Part shown: positions 48,315-58,718 of the stretch, piece after piece
Layout: every line of letters starts with the position of its first letter
How positions within the stretch are numbered: position 1 is the first letter of the stretch
NCBI GenBank assembly: GCA_963764045.1
Contig: CAVXQW010000007.1
Span: 67,595-131,594, forward strand
DNA: 64,000 nt
Direction: 5' to 3'
Source: an uncultured bacterium
Lineage (GTDB): Bacteria; Desulfobacterota; Deferrimicrobia; Deferrimicrobiales; Deferrimicrobiaceae
Notes under the pieces: model-generated
The model's database searches: none
Told to the model about the DNA's origin: nothing
What the model saw: the letters and a program-made list of their open reading frames with translations, nothing else
Program-made: the position numbers and the translations under genes

Positions 48315-49512
48315 CGTTGGGTCCCTCCGCCGGAATAGCCGCGTCCGAGCCGCTCCCACGCGGGGACCGAGCGCCTCACCGTTTCCGGGGGGAGGCAGTA
48401 GGCGATGCGGACATGGCCGCTTCGCCCGAACCCGGACCCCGGGACGACGAGGATCCCCTCGTCGCGCGCCGCGGCAACGAACGCCATCTCGTCCGGGACG
48501 GGGGACTTCGGGAACAGGTAGAACGCTCCGCCGGGAGGGACGACGTCGATCCCGGCGCGCCGCAACGCGTCGAGCAGAACGTCCCGGTTCTCCTGGTACA
48601 CCGAGACGTCGGCGGGCTCGTCCTCGAACTTCGACGCGGCAAGCTGGAAGAGGGCCGGGGCGTTGACGAACCCGAGCACCCGGTTGCAGAAGACGCACGC
48701 CTCCGCCACCTCGGCCGCGTCCGCCGAGCGCGGGGAGACGGCGAGGTACCCGATCCGCTCGCCCGGAAGGTTCAGGTCCTTCGAGTGCGAATAGGCCACC
48801 AGGGTGTTGCGGATTTTCGCGGCGGCCGGCGTGGACGACACTCCCCGGAAAACGATCTTCCGGTACGGCTCGTCGGAGATCACGTAGATCGGGTTCCCGA
48901 ATCGCTTCTCCGCGGCGGATCAGTACCCGGTCGAGGGCGGCGAGGTCTCCTTCGGGGTAGACGGCGCCCGTCGGGTTGTTCGGCGTGTTGATGAGGATCG
49001 CACGCGTCTTCGGGGTGAGGGCCGCTTCTACGGCCGCCAGATCGAGCTGGAACCGCGCGTCCGTTTCCGCCACGACCGGCGTCCCCGCAGGCGTTGCGGA
49101 TGTAGAAGAGGTACTCCACGAAGTAGGGGGCGAGGATCACCACCTCGTCTCCCGGCGAGAGGATGGCGCGCAGCGCGACGTTCAGCGCTCCCGCGGCGCC
49201 AACGGTCATCACCAGCAGTTCCTCCGTGAACGGCAGGCCCGTGGAACGGGAGAGCGACAGCGCCGCGGCCCGCCGGGCCTCCGGCGCCCCGGCGTTCGGC
49301 ATGTACCGGTGCAGTCCGGGCGGCGGGTCGGCGCACAGGCGCGCCAGTTCGGCGGAAAGCGCGGGCGGCGGGTCGCCGTACGGGTTCCCGAGGGTGAAGT
49401 CGAACACGTTTTCCTCGCCGCGCTCGGCCTTGAGGATCGCTCCGTCCTCGAACATCTTCCGGATCCACGAACCTCGACGGATCGCCTCCCGGATCTCCGG
49501 CGATGCGGGCAT
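48311..49512 (-). CDS. class I/II (aspartate/alanine-type) aminotransferase; two apparent frameshifts
   Basis: Three pieces: MPASPEIREAIRRGS... (ORF 48880..50361), ETDARFQLDL...NTPNNPTGAVY (ORF 47268..49073) and ISDEPYRKIVF...YSHSKDLNLPGERIGY (ORF 48311..48883). The stop overlaps the hisC ATG. Confidence 0.8.
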
Positions 49513-49681
49513 CTTCTCCTCCCTGGGGCGGCATCTACGATGATAACGAATCACGATACGCCACTTTCCGCCGGTGCCGCAAGGGGGCGATGGTACCGGT
49601 TGAATCGACCCGCGGCATGCCGTAAAGTGGTCGAAACGACCCGCTCCGCGAAGGGATTCCGCGGCTGTTTCCAAGGAGGAC

Positions 49682-50302
49682 ATGGTGAAAGCACTTTCCG
49701 AACGCTCCTGCTGTTCGTTTGTCCGTGCCTGATTCTTTCCGCCTGCGCCACCGGGGGTTCGCTGTACGTTCCCGGGGCCCTGACCCGTCCCGCGCGCGCC
49801 GCCGCGCCCGCCGCCGGGCAGCCGCAGGCCGTGATCGCGGACTTCTCGTTCGCGGCGGCCCCCGACGGCGTCATCGGGCGGGATTTCGACTCCGTTCGAC
49901 CGATCGTCTGGAAAGGCGAGCCCGGGAAGGCGATGGCGGACCTGGTCGCCAGGGTCCTCGGGGAACGCGGCGTCGCGACGGTCCGCCGGGGCGCGAACCG
50001 CGCAGGGCGCCGAGGTGCTTCCGGTACGGATCTCCGGGGTGGTCCGCCGGTTCGAGGTGAACACCCGCCGCACCGGCAACCTGACCGTGGTCACGGAGGC
50101 GACCGTGAGCCTGACCATCACGGCGGAGGGTTCCGGCGTTTCCGGGCGCATGGAGGAGACGATCACGAGCAGCGCGTCGCTCTCGGACGTCTTCGTCACG
50201 CCCGACGATCTTCGCGAGGCGCTGTTGTCCACGGCCAACACCGTCGCGGAGGAGGCCGCCCGAAAATTGATGGAGGCCAAGGTCGTCTCTCCGTCGCCGT
50301 GA
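49682..50302 (+). CDS. putative lipoprotein, two compensating apparent frameshifts
   Basis: The ATG at 49682 (after AGGAGGA) gives MVKAL. A shift follows to RTLLLFVCPCLILSAC (lipobox, ORF 48976 frame), then back near 50000 to ORF 50015..50302. Confidence 0.45.
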
Positions 50303-51291
50303 GCATCACCATCTCCCACGACCTTGCGGACGTCCCGGTCGCGGGGTGGGAAGAACTCCACGGACGGGGACCGCGCACCTCCCCGTTCCTCTCACCCCGG
50401 TTCCTCCTCCCCTGGCATCGCGCCCTCGGCCGGGGGTGCGACGTCCGGGTCGCCCGCTGGACTCCGGGCGGCGACGGCCCCGACGAGGGGCTCCTCTTCC
50501 TGTGCCGCCGCGGGGAGGGAGGATGGGGATTCCTCGGCAGCGAGCAGGTCGCGGACTACCTCGATGCCCTCGTCGCTCCCGGTTCCGCGGAAGCCTTCTG
50601 GCGGGAGTTTCTCGAACGGGGTCTCCCCGCCCTGGGCGGCGGTCCTCTGAGGCTCCCGGGTCTCGTGGAAGGGACGCCCGCCCTGTCGCTCCTCCCGTCG
50701 ATCTGCCGGGAGACCGGTCTTTCCTGCTCCGTCGAGGAGATGGACCGGGCTCCTTTCGTCTCCCTGCCGGGCTCCTTCGAGGAATATCTCGAACGGCTGG
50801 GCACGAAGGAGCGTCACGAATTGCGGCGGAAGATGCGGCGCGCCGGAGAGCTCCTGCCGGGGCTCTCCTTCCGGGTGACCCGGACGCAAGACGAACTTGC
50901 GAACGACCTTCCATCCTTCGTGGAACTCCTCCGGAAGAGCCACCCCGCGAAGGAAGCGTTCATGGACGAGGCGATGGCGACCTTTTTCCGCGAGGTCGCG
51001 GAGGGGTTCCTCGCCTCCGGCCGCCTGCGTCTCGCATTCCTCTCCACGCACGAGGTGGACGTCGCCTCCGTGTTCCAGTTCCAAACCGACGGCGCACTGC
51101 TCCTCTACAACTCCGGGTACGATCCGGCGCACCGCGCGGCCAACCCCGGGCTCGTCCTCATCGCGCGCTCCATCGGGCAGGCCGTCGACGAAGGGTGCGC
51201 GGAGTACGACTTTCTCCGGGGAACGGAACGGTACAAGTACGACCTCGGAGGGGTGGACCGGGTGGTCTATCGCCTGACGGTTTCCGCTTGA
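50299..51291 (+). CDS. GNAT-fold acetyltransferase (Acetyltransf_6 / CelD-BcsL-like)
   Basis: In the frame of ORF 48976..51291. The GTG at 50299 overlaps the upstream stop. The C-terminal NSGYDPAHRAANPGLVL...EYDFLRGTERYKYDLGG is typical of this family (from memory). Confidence 0.7.
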   Translation: MSITISHDLADVPVAGWEELHGRGPRTSPFLSPRFLLPWHRALGRGCDVRVARWTPGGDGPDEGLLFLCRRGEGGWGFLGSEQVADYLDALVAPGSAEAFWREFLERGLPALGGGPLRLPGLVEGTPALSLLPSICRETGLSCSVEEMDRAPFVSLPGSFEEYLERLGTKERHELRRKMRRAGELLPGLSFRVTRTQDELANDLPSFVELLRKSHPAKEAFMDEAMATFFREVAEGFLASGRLRLAFLSTHEVDVASVFQFQTDGALLLYNSGYDPAHRAANPGLVLIARSIGQAVDEGCAEYDFLRGTERYKYDLGGVDRVVYRLTVSA

Positions 51292-52465
51292 CGCGGCACC
51301 TTCTCGTTTCCTACCACACATGTCCGTTGGAGGAGCCGGGGGAGGGCCTCGCCGGGGGGATGAACGTCTTTCTCCTCGGACTGCTCCGAGGGTTGTCGAA
51401 ACGGGGGATCGCCACCGTCGTCCTCACCCGTGCGACGGGGGAAACCGTCGAGGTCTCAGCGCCGTTCCCGGGGGTCCGCATCTTTCACGTCCCGTGCGGC
51501 TGGAAGGATCCTCCGTCCCGGGAAAGCGCCTTCGCATCCATCGATCTCTTCGTCGAACGGGGCCGGATCCTGATGCGCGGGGAGCGGATCGAACCGCGCG
51601 TCGTTTCCGCGCACTACTGGATGTCGGGCATCGCCGCCCGAAAACTCTCCGGCGCCCCGATGATCCTCTGTTACCACACGGTGGAGGCGCGCAAGGTCCC
51701 GGCGCCCGGGCCGGAACAGGAACCGCTCTCCTCCATCCGCAGGGAGAACGAGGCGGCGTTGGCGCGGGAGGCGTCCCGCGTCGTCTGTTTCTCGGAGTAC
51801 GATCTCGCAGAGAACCGGCGGATCTTTCCGGAGTTGTCGGTGAAGGGGGTCGTCATCCCGCCGGGGGTGGACGACCGGTTCCGGCACCTTCCCCCCCGGG
51901 AGGTGGCGCGGGCGTACCTCGGACTTCCCCAGGGAGGGATGATCTTCCTGCTCGCCGCCCGGGGGGACGCCGGGAAAAACGCCGCCGTGGCCATCGCCGC
52001 GTTCCGCGCGATGCGGGAGCGGTGGAAAGGGCCGGCGATCTTCCTCGTCGCGGGGCAGGAAGGGCCGGAAGGCGCGCCAGACGGGGATCTCTTCTTCCTC
52101 GGTCCGCTTCCGCACGGCGGCATGCCGATGCTGTACGCCGCGGCGGACGCCGCGTCTGTCCTTCCTTCTACGAGTCGTTCGGGCTTGTGCCGCTGGAGGC
52201 GCTTTCGTCGGGCGTGCCGGTCGTCGTGCCGGAGGGGACGTACTGGGGGGACCGGATCCGATCGCAGGGCGGGGGGCTGGTCTACTCGCGGGAGGAGCCG
52301 GAGCGGTTATCCGGCGCTCTCCTCGATCTTGCTTCTTCGGCGGAATTGCGCGCCCGGCTGTCGCTGGAGGGTCCCGCCGTCGCGGCGCCGTTCACGTGGG
52401 AGAAGTGCACCGCGTCCTGGGCGGGGCTTCTTGCGTCCGTCTCCACGCCTGGTAGTCCGCGATGA
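51288..52465 (+). CDS. GT4 glycosyltransferase, MshA-like; apparent frameshift
   Basis: The TTG at 51288 overlaps the GNAT stop. YHTCPLEEPGEGLAGGMNVFL, SAHYWMSG and CYHTVEARK are in ORF 50346..53789. The C-terminus PSFYESFGLVPLEALSSGVPVV is in ORF 51320..52465. The join is near 52150. Confidence 0.75.
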
Positions 52466-53546
52466 TCTCCTCGAGCTCGCGCCGCGCGTCGTCGTCGGTG
52501 TGCTGCTCCGGGGGATGTTTCATGAAATAGGCCGACGGGGCGAGCAGGGGGCCCGACAGCCCCATCTCCCTCCCGAGGCGGCAGAACCGGATCGCGTCGA
52601 TCCCCACGCCCGCGCTGTTCGGCGAATCGGTGACGGAGAGGCGCAGTTCCAGCTCGATCGGCAGCCCTCCGAACCCCTCCCCCTCGATCCGCAGGAAGCA
52701 GAGCTTGTTGTCCCTCTGCCAGGGGACGTAGTCGGACGGCCCGATGTGGACGTCGTCGGGGGAAACGTCGTGCGAGAGGGCGCTGGTCACCGCCTCGGTC
52801 TTCGAGATCCGTTTCGACTCGAGGCGGCTGCGGTTCAGCATGTTCAGGAAGTCCGTGTTCCCGCCGGTGTTGAGCTGGTACGTCCGCCGGAGGCGGATCC
52901 CCCGGTCCGAGAAGAGGCGGGCCAGCGCCCGATGGACGATGGTCGCCCCCAGCTGGGACTTTATGTCGTCTCCCACCAGCGGAATCCCCGCCTTCCGGAA
53001 CCGGTCCGCCCACTCCGGATCGGACGCGATGAACACCGGGATGCAGTTCACGAGGCTCACCCCGGTGCGGAGGCACGCCTCGGCATAGAAACGGGTCGCC
53101 GCCTCCGAGCCGACGGGCAGGTAGTTGACCAGGATCTCCGCGCCGGAATCCCGCAGGACCTTTTCCACGTCGCACGGCGACTCGGAGGAGGGGAGGAAGG
53201 TCCGGTCGTCGGGGTAATCGGCCATGTGGGGAGCGACGCCGTCCATGACGGGTCCCATCCGGACGATGGGACCGCCGGCGGGCATCCGCTCGACGAACCG
53301 CTTCGTGCAGTTCGGGAGCGCGAAGATCGCCTCGGTGACCGGCCGGCCGACCTTCCTGCGGTCGATGTCGAACGCGGACACGACCTCGATGTCGCCCGGG
53401 AGGTAGCCGCCGATGTCGCGGTTCATCAGCCCCGGGACGAATTCGCCGTCGGTGGGAGCGGGCGTTTCCCGGTAGAACTCGATCCCCTGCAGCAGCGCGC
53501 TGGCGCAGTTCCCCACGCCGGCCAACGCGACCCGGATCTTACCCAT
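52392..53546 (-). CDS. ino1: myo-inositol-1-phosphate (inositol-3-phosphate) synthase
   Basis: ORF 52392..53585, starting at MGKIRVALAGVGNCAS. GDDIKSQLGAT, NTGGNTDF and SKRISKT are present. The 3-prime end overlaps the convergent GT4 gene by ~70 nt. Confidence 0.9.
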   Translation of the reverse strand: MGKIRVALAGVGNCASALLQGIEFYRETPAPTDGEFVPGLMNRDIGGYLPGDIEVVSAFDIDRRKVGRPVTEAIFALPNCTKRFVERMPAGGPIVRMGPVMDGVAPHMADYPDDRTFLPSSESPCDVEKVLRDSGAEILVNYLPVGSEAATRFYAEACLRTGVSLVNCIPVFIASDPEWADRFRKAGIPLVGDDIKSQLGATIVHRALARLFSDRGIRLRRTYQLNTGGNTDFLNMLNRSRLESKRISKTEAVTSALSHDVSPDDVHIGPSDYVPWQRDNKLCFLRIEGEGFGGLPIELELRLSVTDSPNSAGVGIDAIRFCRLGREMGLSGPLLAPSAYFMKHPPEQHTDDDARRELEEIIADYQAWRRTQEAPPRTRCTSPT

Positions 53547-53754
53547 GTTTCGTGCCCCCATCCTTTTTCTCCCCATCCATGCCACCGTTTGATTCCGGGT
53601 TGCTCCGGGAGGTTTCGCCGGGAGTTTCGCCCCGCCCGGCGTCGATCGCCAGCGCGCGACCGCATTTCCAGCACAGAGGGGGAGCGTCCCGCGCGGCCAG
53701 GCGCTCCCGGGAAACGAAATTCTGTGTGGAGCAGGCGCCGCAATCGACGATCAT
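53539..53754 (-). CDS. small zinc-ribbon-like protein (CxxC...CxxC), hypothetical
   Basis: 71-aa ORF containing CGAC...CWKC. It overlaps the ino1 start by 8 nt. A promoter-like element lies directly upstream. Confidence 0.45.
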   Translation of the reverse strand: MIVDCGACSTQNFVSRERLAARDAPPLCWKCGRALAIDAGRGETPGETSRSNPESNGGMDGEKKDGGTKHG

Positions 53755-53762
53755 CGGGGGTG

Positions 53763-53815
53763 ATTGTACCTCCCGGCGCGCTCGTTTGACAAAAAAGAAA
53801 TCCAGATACTATAAT
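53763..53815. promoter_or_regulatory. back-to-back near-consensus sigma-70 promoters with overlapping -35 boxes
   Basis: Plus strand: TTGACA (53786..53791), 18 nt, TATAAT (53810..53815), then 6 nt to the ATG at 53822. Minus strand: TTGTCA (53792..53787), 18 nt, TACAAT (53768..53763), then 8 nt to the ATG at 53754. Confidence 0.55.
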
Positions 53816-53821
53816 GCCGCC

Positions 53822-55184
53822 ATGCAAATAGAAAAGGGAATCGACAAGCTCGTTAAAGACCGTCCGGATGATGATCCTCGACAAGCCGGGGTACTTCGGC
53901 AAGGTGGCCACCGCCATCGGCAATGCGGGCGGGTCCCTCGGGGACATCAAACTCGTCGGATACGGCATCGAATACAACACCCGCGACATCACGATCATCG
54001 TCGACAGCGAGGAGCATGCTCCAGTCGGTCCTCGACGAGGTCGGGAAGGTCGAAGGCGCCATCATCTCCGACATCATCGACCCGGTGCTCGAGCTGCACC
54101 GCGGCGGCAAGATCGTCGTCAAGTCCAGGAACCCGATCACCAGCATCTCGACCGTCCGGAAGGTCTACACCCCCGGCGTCGCCAAGGTCTGCATGCTCAT
54201 CCACCAGAACCCGGAGCTGGTGTACGACTACACCGCCATCTTCAACACGGTGGCGATCGTCACCAACGGGACGGCCATCCTCGGGCTGGGGGACATCGGC
54301 GCGGTGGCCGGAATGCCGGTGATGGAGGGGAAGGCCGCGCTGTTCTCCGAGCTGGTGGGGATCAACGGCGTCCCGATCCTCATCCAGTCGAAGGACACCG
54401 AGGAGATCATCCGCACGGTGGCGTCGATCGCGCCCACGTTCGGCGCGATCAAGCTCGAGGACTTCAAGTCCCCCGAATGCTTCGAGATCGAGGACCGCCT
54501 GAGCGCGATGCTCGACATCCCGGTCCTGCACGACGACCAGCACGGGACCTCCGTCGTCGTCCTGGCGGCGCTCCTGAACGCCGGCCAGTACGTCGGGATG
54601 CAGGTCAAGGACGACACGGTCGGGATGGTGGGGCTGGGGGCCGCCGGGATCGGCATTTCGAAGCTGCTGATGGCCTACGGCGTCCGCAAGATGGTCGGCT
54701 GCGACATCAATCCCGGCGCGCAGGCGATCTTCGCGAAGATCGGCGGCAAGCCCGTCTCGCTCGCCGAGGTCATGGCGTAGTCCGACATCGTCATCGCCAC
54801 GACCGGCGTGCCGGGGCTCATCAAGAAGGAGATGATCCGCAAGGGGCAGGTGATCCTGCGCGCTGTCGAACCCGAATCCCGAGATCTCCACCGAGGACGC
54901 CCGGGCGGCGGGGGCTTCGTTCGCGGCCGACGGCCGGGGGGTCAACAACGCGCTGGCATTCCCCGGGGTGTTCCGCGGGGCGCTCAACGCGCGGGCGCGC
55001 AAGATCAACAACCTGATGAAGATCGCCGCCGCCAAGGTCATCGGCGCGTGCCGCACCTGCCGGGGAACTCGTCCCCTCGATCCTCGACCTTGAGATGCAC
55101 GCCAAGGTGGCCGAGGCGGTGGAGCGCGCCGCGTACGAGACCGGCGTCGCCCGTCCCCGTACGGAAAAGATCAAAGAAACGTAG
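53822..55184 (+). pseudogene. NAD(P)-dependent malic enzyme with N-terminal ACT domain; about 4 frameshifts and one in-frame TAG as assembled
   Basis: Pieces come from ORFs 53552.., 53868.., 53923..54780 (GLGDIGAVAGMPVMEGKA, GLGAAGIGI) and 54808.., plus unlisted frames (ALSNPNPEIS; GELVPSILDLEMHAKV...KET, stop at 55182..55184). A TAG at 54778..54780 is in frame. Confidence 0.75.
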
Positions 55185-55188
55185 TGCC

Positions 55189-55219
55189 GCGTTTCATAAA
55201 TACGGCATTTATGAAGCGC
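55189..55219 (+). terminator. 13-bp AT-rich stem-loop after the malic enzyme gene
   Basis: GCGTTTCATAAAT-acggc-ATTTATGAAGCGC (one G-U pair). No clear U-tract follows. Confidence 0.35.
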
Positions 55220-55236
55220 AATACTTAATCCACGCC

Positions 55237-55857
55237 ATGGACGTTTCGTGGCTCCGCGGCGTCCTCCTCGTCATCTTCGCCTACCTGCTCGGCTCCATCC
55301 CGTTCGGCATCCTCGTCGCGAAGGCGTTCGACCGCGAACTGGATCTGCGGAAGGCCGGTTCGGGGAACATCGGCGCGACGAACGTCGCCCGCACGCTCGG
55401 AAAGGGCGCCGGGATCCTCACCCTCGTGCTCGACGCCGGAAAGGGGATCCTCGCCCTCGCGCTCGCCCGGCAGCTCCTGGATCCGTCCGCCTACCACTGG
55501 CTTGCCCTCGTCGGCGGGGCGGTGTTTCTGGGGCACATCTTCCCGGTCTATCTCCGCTTCAAGGGGGGGAAGGGCGTCGCGGTCGCCCTGGGCGTCGTCC
55601 TGTTCCTTTCGCCGGAGACCGCCTTCGTCATCGTGGTCCTCTTCGCCGCCGTGCTGTACTTCACGCGATACGTGTCGCTCGCGTCGCTGTGCGCCGCCGT
55701 GGGCCTTCCCGTCGCCATGGCGTTCCTCGGGAAGTCGCGGCATTACGTCACCCTCGCCCTCATGATGTCGTTCCTCGTGATCTACACGCACCGGGAGAAC
55801 ATTCACCGCCTCCTATCCGGCCAGGAGAGCAGGTTCGGGACTCCGCCCGGGGAGTGA
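55237..55857 (+). CDS. plsY: glycerol-3-phosphate acyltransferase PlsY
   Basis: In the frame of ORF 54808..55857, starting at MDVSWLRGVLLV. GSGNIGATNV and FKGGKGVA are present. Confidence 0.9.
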   Translation: MDVSWLRGVLLVIFAYLLGSIPFGILVAKAFDRELDLRKAGSGNIGATNVARTLGKGAGILTLVLDAGKGILALALARQLLDPSAYHWLALVGGAVFLGHIFPVYLRFKGGKGVAVALGVVLFLSPETAFVIVVLFAAVLYFTRYVSLASLCAAVGLPVAMAFLGKSRHYVTLALMMSFLVIYTHRENIHRLLSGQESRFGTPPGE

Positions 55858-56019
55858 TCCTGCACAGGCCGCGGGCATCCGGTGCCCACGGATTGTGCAA
55901 ACTCCCGCCAGGGCATCCGCCGCGCTCCGCCCCTCCCGCTTCGCCCCGTCTCGACGGATCCCTCGAATTTCCAGAAGAAATCGATTTCCGTCCCCGCGGG
56001 GACGGTCCGGATGCCGGAT

Positions 56020-56035
56020 TGGTACGGCCGTTGCT
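56020..56035 (+). promoter_or_regulatory. sigma-54 promoter upstream of glnB-glnA
   Basis: TGGTAC-GGCCG-TTGCT fits TGGYAC-N5-TTGCW, with GG and GC 12 nt apart. It ends 29 nt before the glnB ATG. Confidence 0.7.
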
Positions 56036-56039
56036 GTAA

Positions 56040-56402
<363 letters not shown>

Positions 56403-56456
56403 CCGGATCGCCGGACGCGTCCCCATACCAACATATCGACTCCAGGAGGGATTGCA

Positions 56457-57869
56457 ATGAACGCGAAGGAAGTCCTCGGTTTCGCCAAGAGCAAGAACAT
56501 CGAGATGGTCGACCTGAAGTTCATGGATTTCGTCGGCACCTGGCAGCACTTCGCGGTGCCCATCTATGAGCTCAAGGAGGACAGCTTCGAGGAAGGGTTC
56601 GGCTTCGACGGATCGTCCATCCGCGGCTGGCAGCCGATCCACGCCTCCGACATGCTGGTGATCCCCGACCCCGAGACGGCGGTCGTCGATCCGTTCATCA
56701 CCCGAACGACGCTTTCGCTGATCTGCAACATCGTCGATCCGATCACCAAGGAGAACTACTCCCGCGATCCCCGCAACATCGGGCGGAAGGCCGAGGCGTA
56801 CCTGAAGTCGACCGGCATCGCGGACTCGGCGTACTTCGGACCGGAGGCCGAATTCTTCATCTTCGACGACATCCGCTACGGCGGCGGGTCGAACTCCGGC
56901 TTCTACTACATCGACTCCGACGAGGGGACCTGGAACAGCGGGCGCGAGGAGAAGCCGAACCTCGGCTACAAGCCGCGCCACAAGGAAGGGTACTTCCCCG
57001 TCCCGCCGACCGACTCGCAGCACGACCTGCGCGACGAGATGGTCCGCGTCATGGAGCAGGTGGGGCTGAAGGTCGAGGCGCAGCACCACGAGGTGGCCAC
57101 CGCCGGACAGGCCGAGATCGACCTCCGGTTCGACACGCTGGTGAAGGTCGCCGACGCGCTGCAGTGGTACAAGTACATCTGCAAGAATGTGGCGCGGAAG
57201 GCCGGCAAGACCGTCACCTTCATGCCGAAGCCGCTCTACGGCGACAACGGCTCCGGGATGCACACGCACCAGTCCCTCTGGAAGGGCGGCAAGCCGCTCT
57301 TCGCCGGGGAGGAGTACGGCGGGATGTCGAAGATGGCGCTCTGGTACATCGGCGGGATCCTGAAGCACGCCAAGGCGCTCTGCGCGTTCAGCAACCCGAC
57401 GATGAACTCCTACAAGCGGCTGGTGCCGGGCTTCGAGGCCCCCGTCAACCTCGCGTACTCGAGCCGGAACCGCTCCGCGGCGGTCCGGATCCCGATGTAC
57501 TCCGCCTCGCCGAAGACGAAGCGCCTCGAGTTCCGCACCCCCGACCCGTCCTGCAACGGCTACCTCTCCTTCGCCGCGCAGCTGATGGCGGGTCTGGACG
57601 GCATCCAGAACAAGATCGATCCCGGGCAGCCGCTCGACAAGGACATCTACGCGCTGTCGCCCGAGGAGCTGGCGAACGTGCCGACCACGCCGGGATCCCT
57701 CGAGGAGTCGCTCAAGGCGCTCGAGGAGGACCACGAGTTCCTGCTGAAGGGGGACGTGTTCACCATCGACGTGATCGAGAAGTGGATCGAGTACAAGATC
57801 GAGGCGGAGGTGAACCCCGTGAAGCTGCGGCCGCACCCGCACGAGTTCTTCCTGTACTTCGACTGCTGA
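56457..57869 (+). CDS. glnA: glutamine synthetase type I
   Basis: Intact 470-aa [29 protein letters not shown] and [13 protein letters not shown] are present. Confidence 0.95.
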   Translation: MNAKEVLGFAKSKNIEMVDLKFMDFVGTWQHFAVPIYELKEDSFEEGFGFDGSSIRGWQPIHASDMLVIPDPETAVVDPFITRTTLSLICNIVDPITKENYSRDPRNIGRKAEAYLKSTGIADSAYFGPEAEFFIFDDIRYGGGSNSGFYYIDSDEGTWNSGREEKPNLGYKPRHKEGYFPVPPTDSQHDLRDEMVRVMEQVGLKVEAQHHEVATAGQAEIDLRFDTLVKVADALQWYKYICKNVARKAGKTVTFMPKPLYGDNGSGMHTHQSLWKGGKPLFAGEEYGGMSKMALWYIGGILKHAKALCAFSNPTMNSYKRLVPGFEAPVNLAYSSRNRSAAVRIPMYSASPKTKRLEFRTPDPSCNGYLSFAAQLMAGLDGIQNKIDPGQPLDKDIYALSPEELANVPTTPGSLEESLKALEEDHEFLLKGDVFTIDVIEKWIEYKIEAEVNPVKLRPHPHEFFLYFDC

Positions 57870-57896
57870 ACCGGCCCGACAAAAGAATCGCTCCGC

Positions 57897-57926
57897 AAAG
57901 GGGCCCCGGCGACGGGGCCCCTTTTG
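57897..57926. terminator. bidirectional rho-independent terminator between glnA and the convergent gene
   Basis: AAAGGGGCCCC-ggcgac-GGGGCCCCTTT forms an 11-bp stem flanked by A and T runs. Confidence 0.75.
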
Positions 57927-58472
57927 TTACATCCAGCGGCCCGGAGGAACCGGCCAGAGTTCGCGCAGCGGCGGAATCGCGTTCCAGAGCCACCCGAAGG
58001 CGAAGAAGAGGATGAGGAGAAAAAGGAGAGTCCCCCCGATGGCAACCCACGTGACCCAGGCGTTGACGCCGCCTTCGGCGGCGAGCCGGGCGAGGTGCAC
58101 CGCGTCCGTGGCGGGCGCCCCAAAGGCGGAAGAGATCGGGCGGGCCTCCCGGATCTTCCGGTCGGCCTGCCGGAAGTAGAGGTAGTCGGCGGTGACCGCG
58201 CGGGCGACGCCCCACAGGATCGGGACGAAGAGGGTCCAGCCGAGCAGGACGCTGAGGACGAAGTCGACCAGGGCCCACCCGTACATCTTCCGGTAGAGGT
58301 ACCACCATATCCCCAGGAAGGCGGCCGGATTGTTCCAGGAGAGCTCGAACCGGTTCGTGCCCGTCCGGGTGAACCGCTCGAACCGGAGGCGGTACCGCTC
58401 CGCCCTCGGCCCGATGTACGCGGTCAGCTCTTCCGCCGAGAGCGGCGACGACGAGGGGACGTAGGACTCCAT
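57927..58472 (-). CDS. DUF2628-like membrane protein
   Basis: ORF 57927..58502, starting at MESYVPS. NNPAAFLGIWWYLYRKMYGWAL is typical of the family (from memory). Confidence 0.65.
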   Translation of the reverse strand: MESYVPSSSPLSAEELTAYIGPRAERYRLRFERFTRTGTNRFELSWNNPAAFLGIWWYLYRKMYGWALVDFVLSVLLGWTLFVPILWGVARAVTADYLYFRQADRKIREARPISSAFGAPATDAVHLARLAAEGGVNAWVTWVAIGGTLLFLLILFFAFGWLWNAIPPLRELWPVPPGRWM

Positions 58473-58718
58473 CGTTTTCTCCGATTTAGTGTTCCGTTTC
58501 AAAAATACGGTAACGTAACCAAAGAGCGATCCTGGAAGGCGCTGCGCATCCGAAACGCACCCATCGGCTGCGTCGCCTCGGAGGGGGACTCCGCCGGTTT
58601 CTCCCGTTGCGTGCGCCTTCCTTGCTGTCTCCCCGATATGATGCTGTATTTATGAATTGAAGCACCAAGCCGGGATGAAGGTATTATATTACGGCTTATC
58701 TTCGTACCGGAGGCAACG

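Noticed and set aside
50346-53789. 1147-aa plus-strand ORF
   Set aside because: It is a chimeric read-through. Only its middle part (about 51288..52150) is real GT4 coding sequence. The rest is out-of-frame GNAT sequence or antisense to ino1.
55881-55899. GGTGCCCACGGATTGTGCA as a second sigma-54 promoter for glnB
   Set aside because: The GG-to-GC spacing is 16 nt instead of 12. It is more plausibly enhancer-like sequence. The properly spaced element is at 56020..56035.
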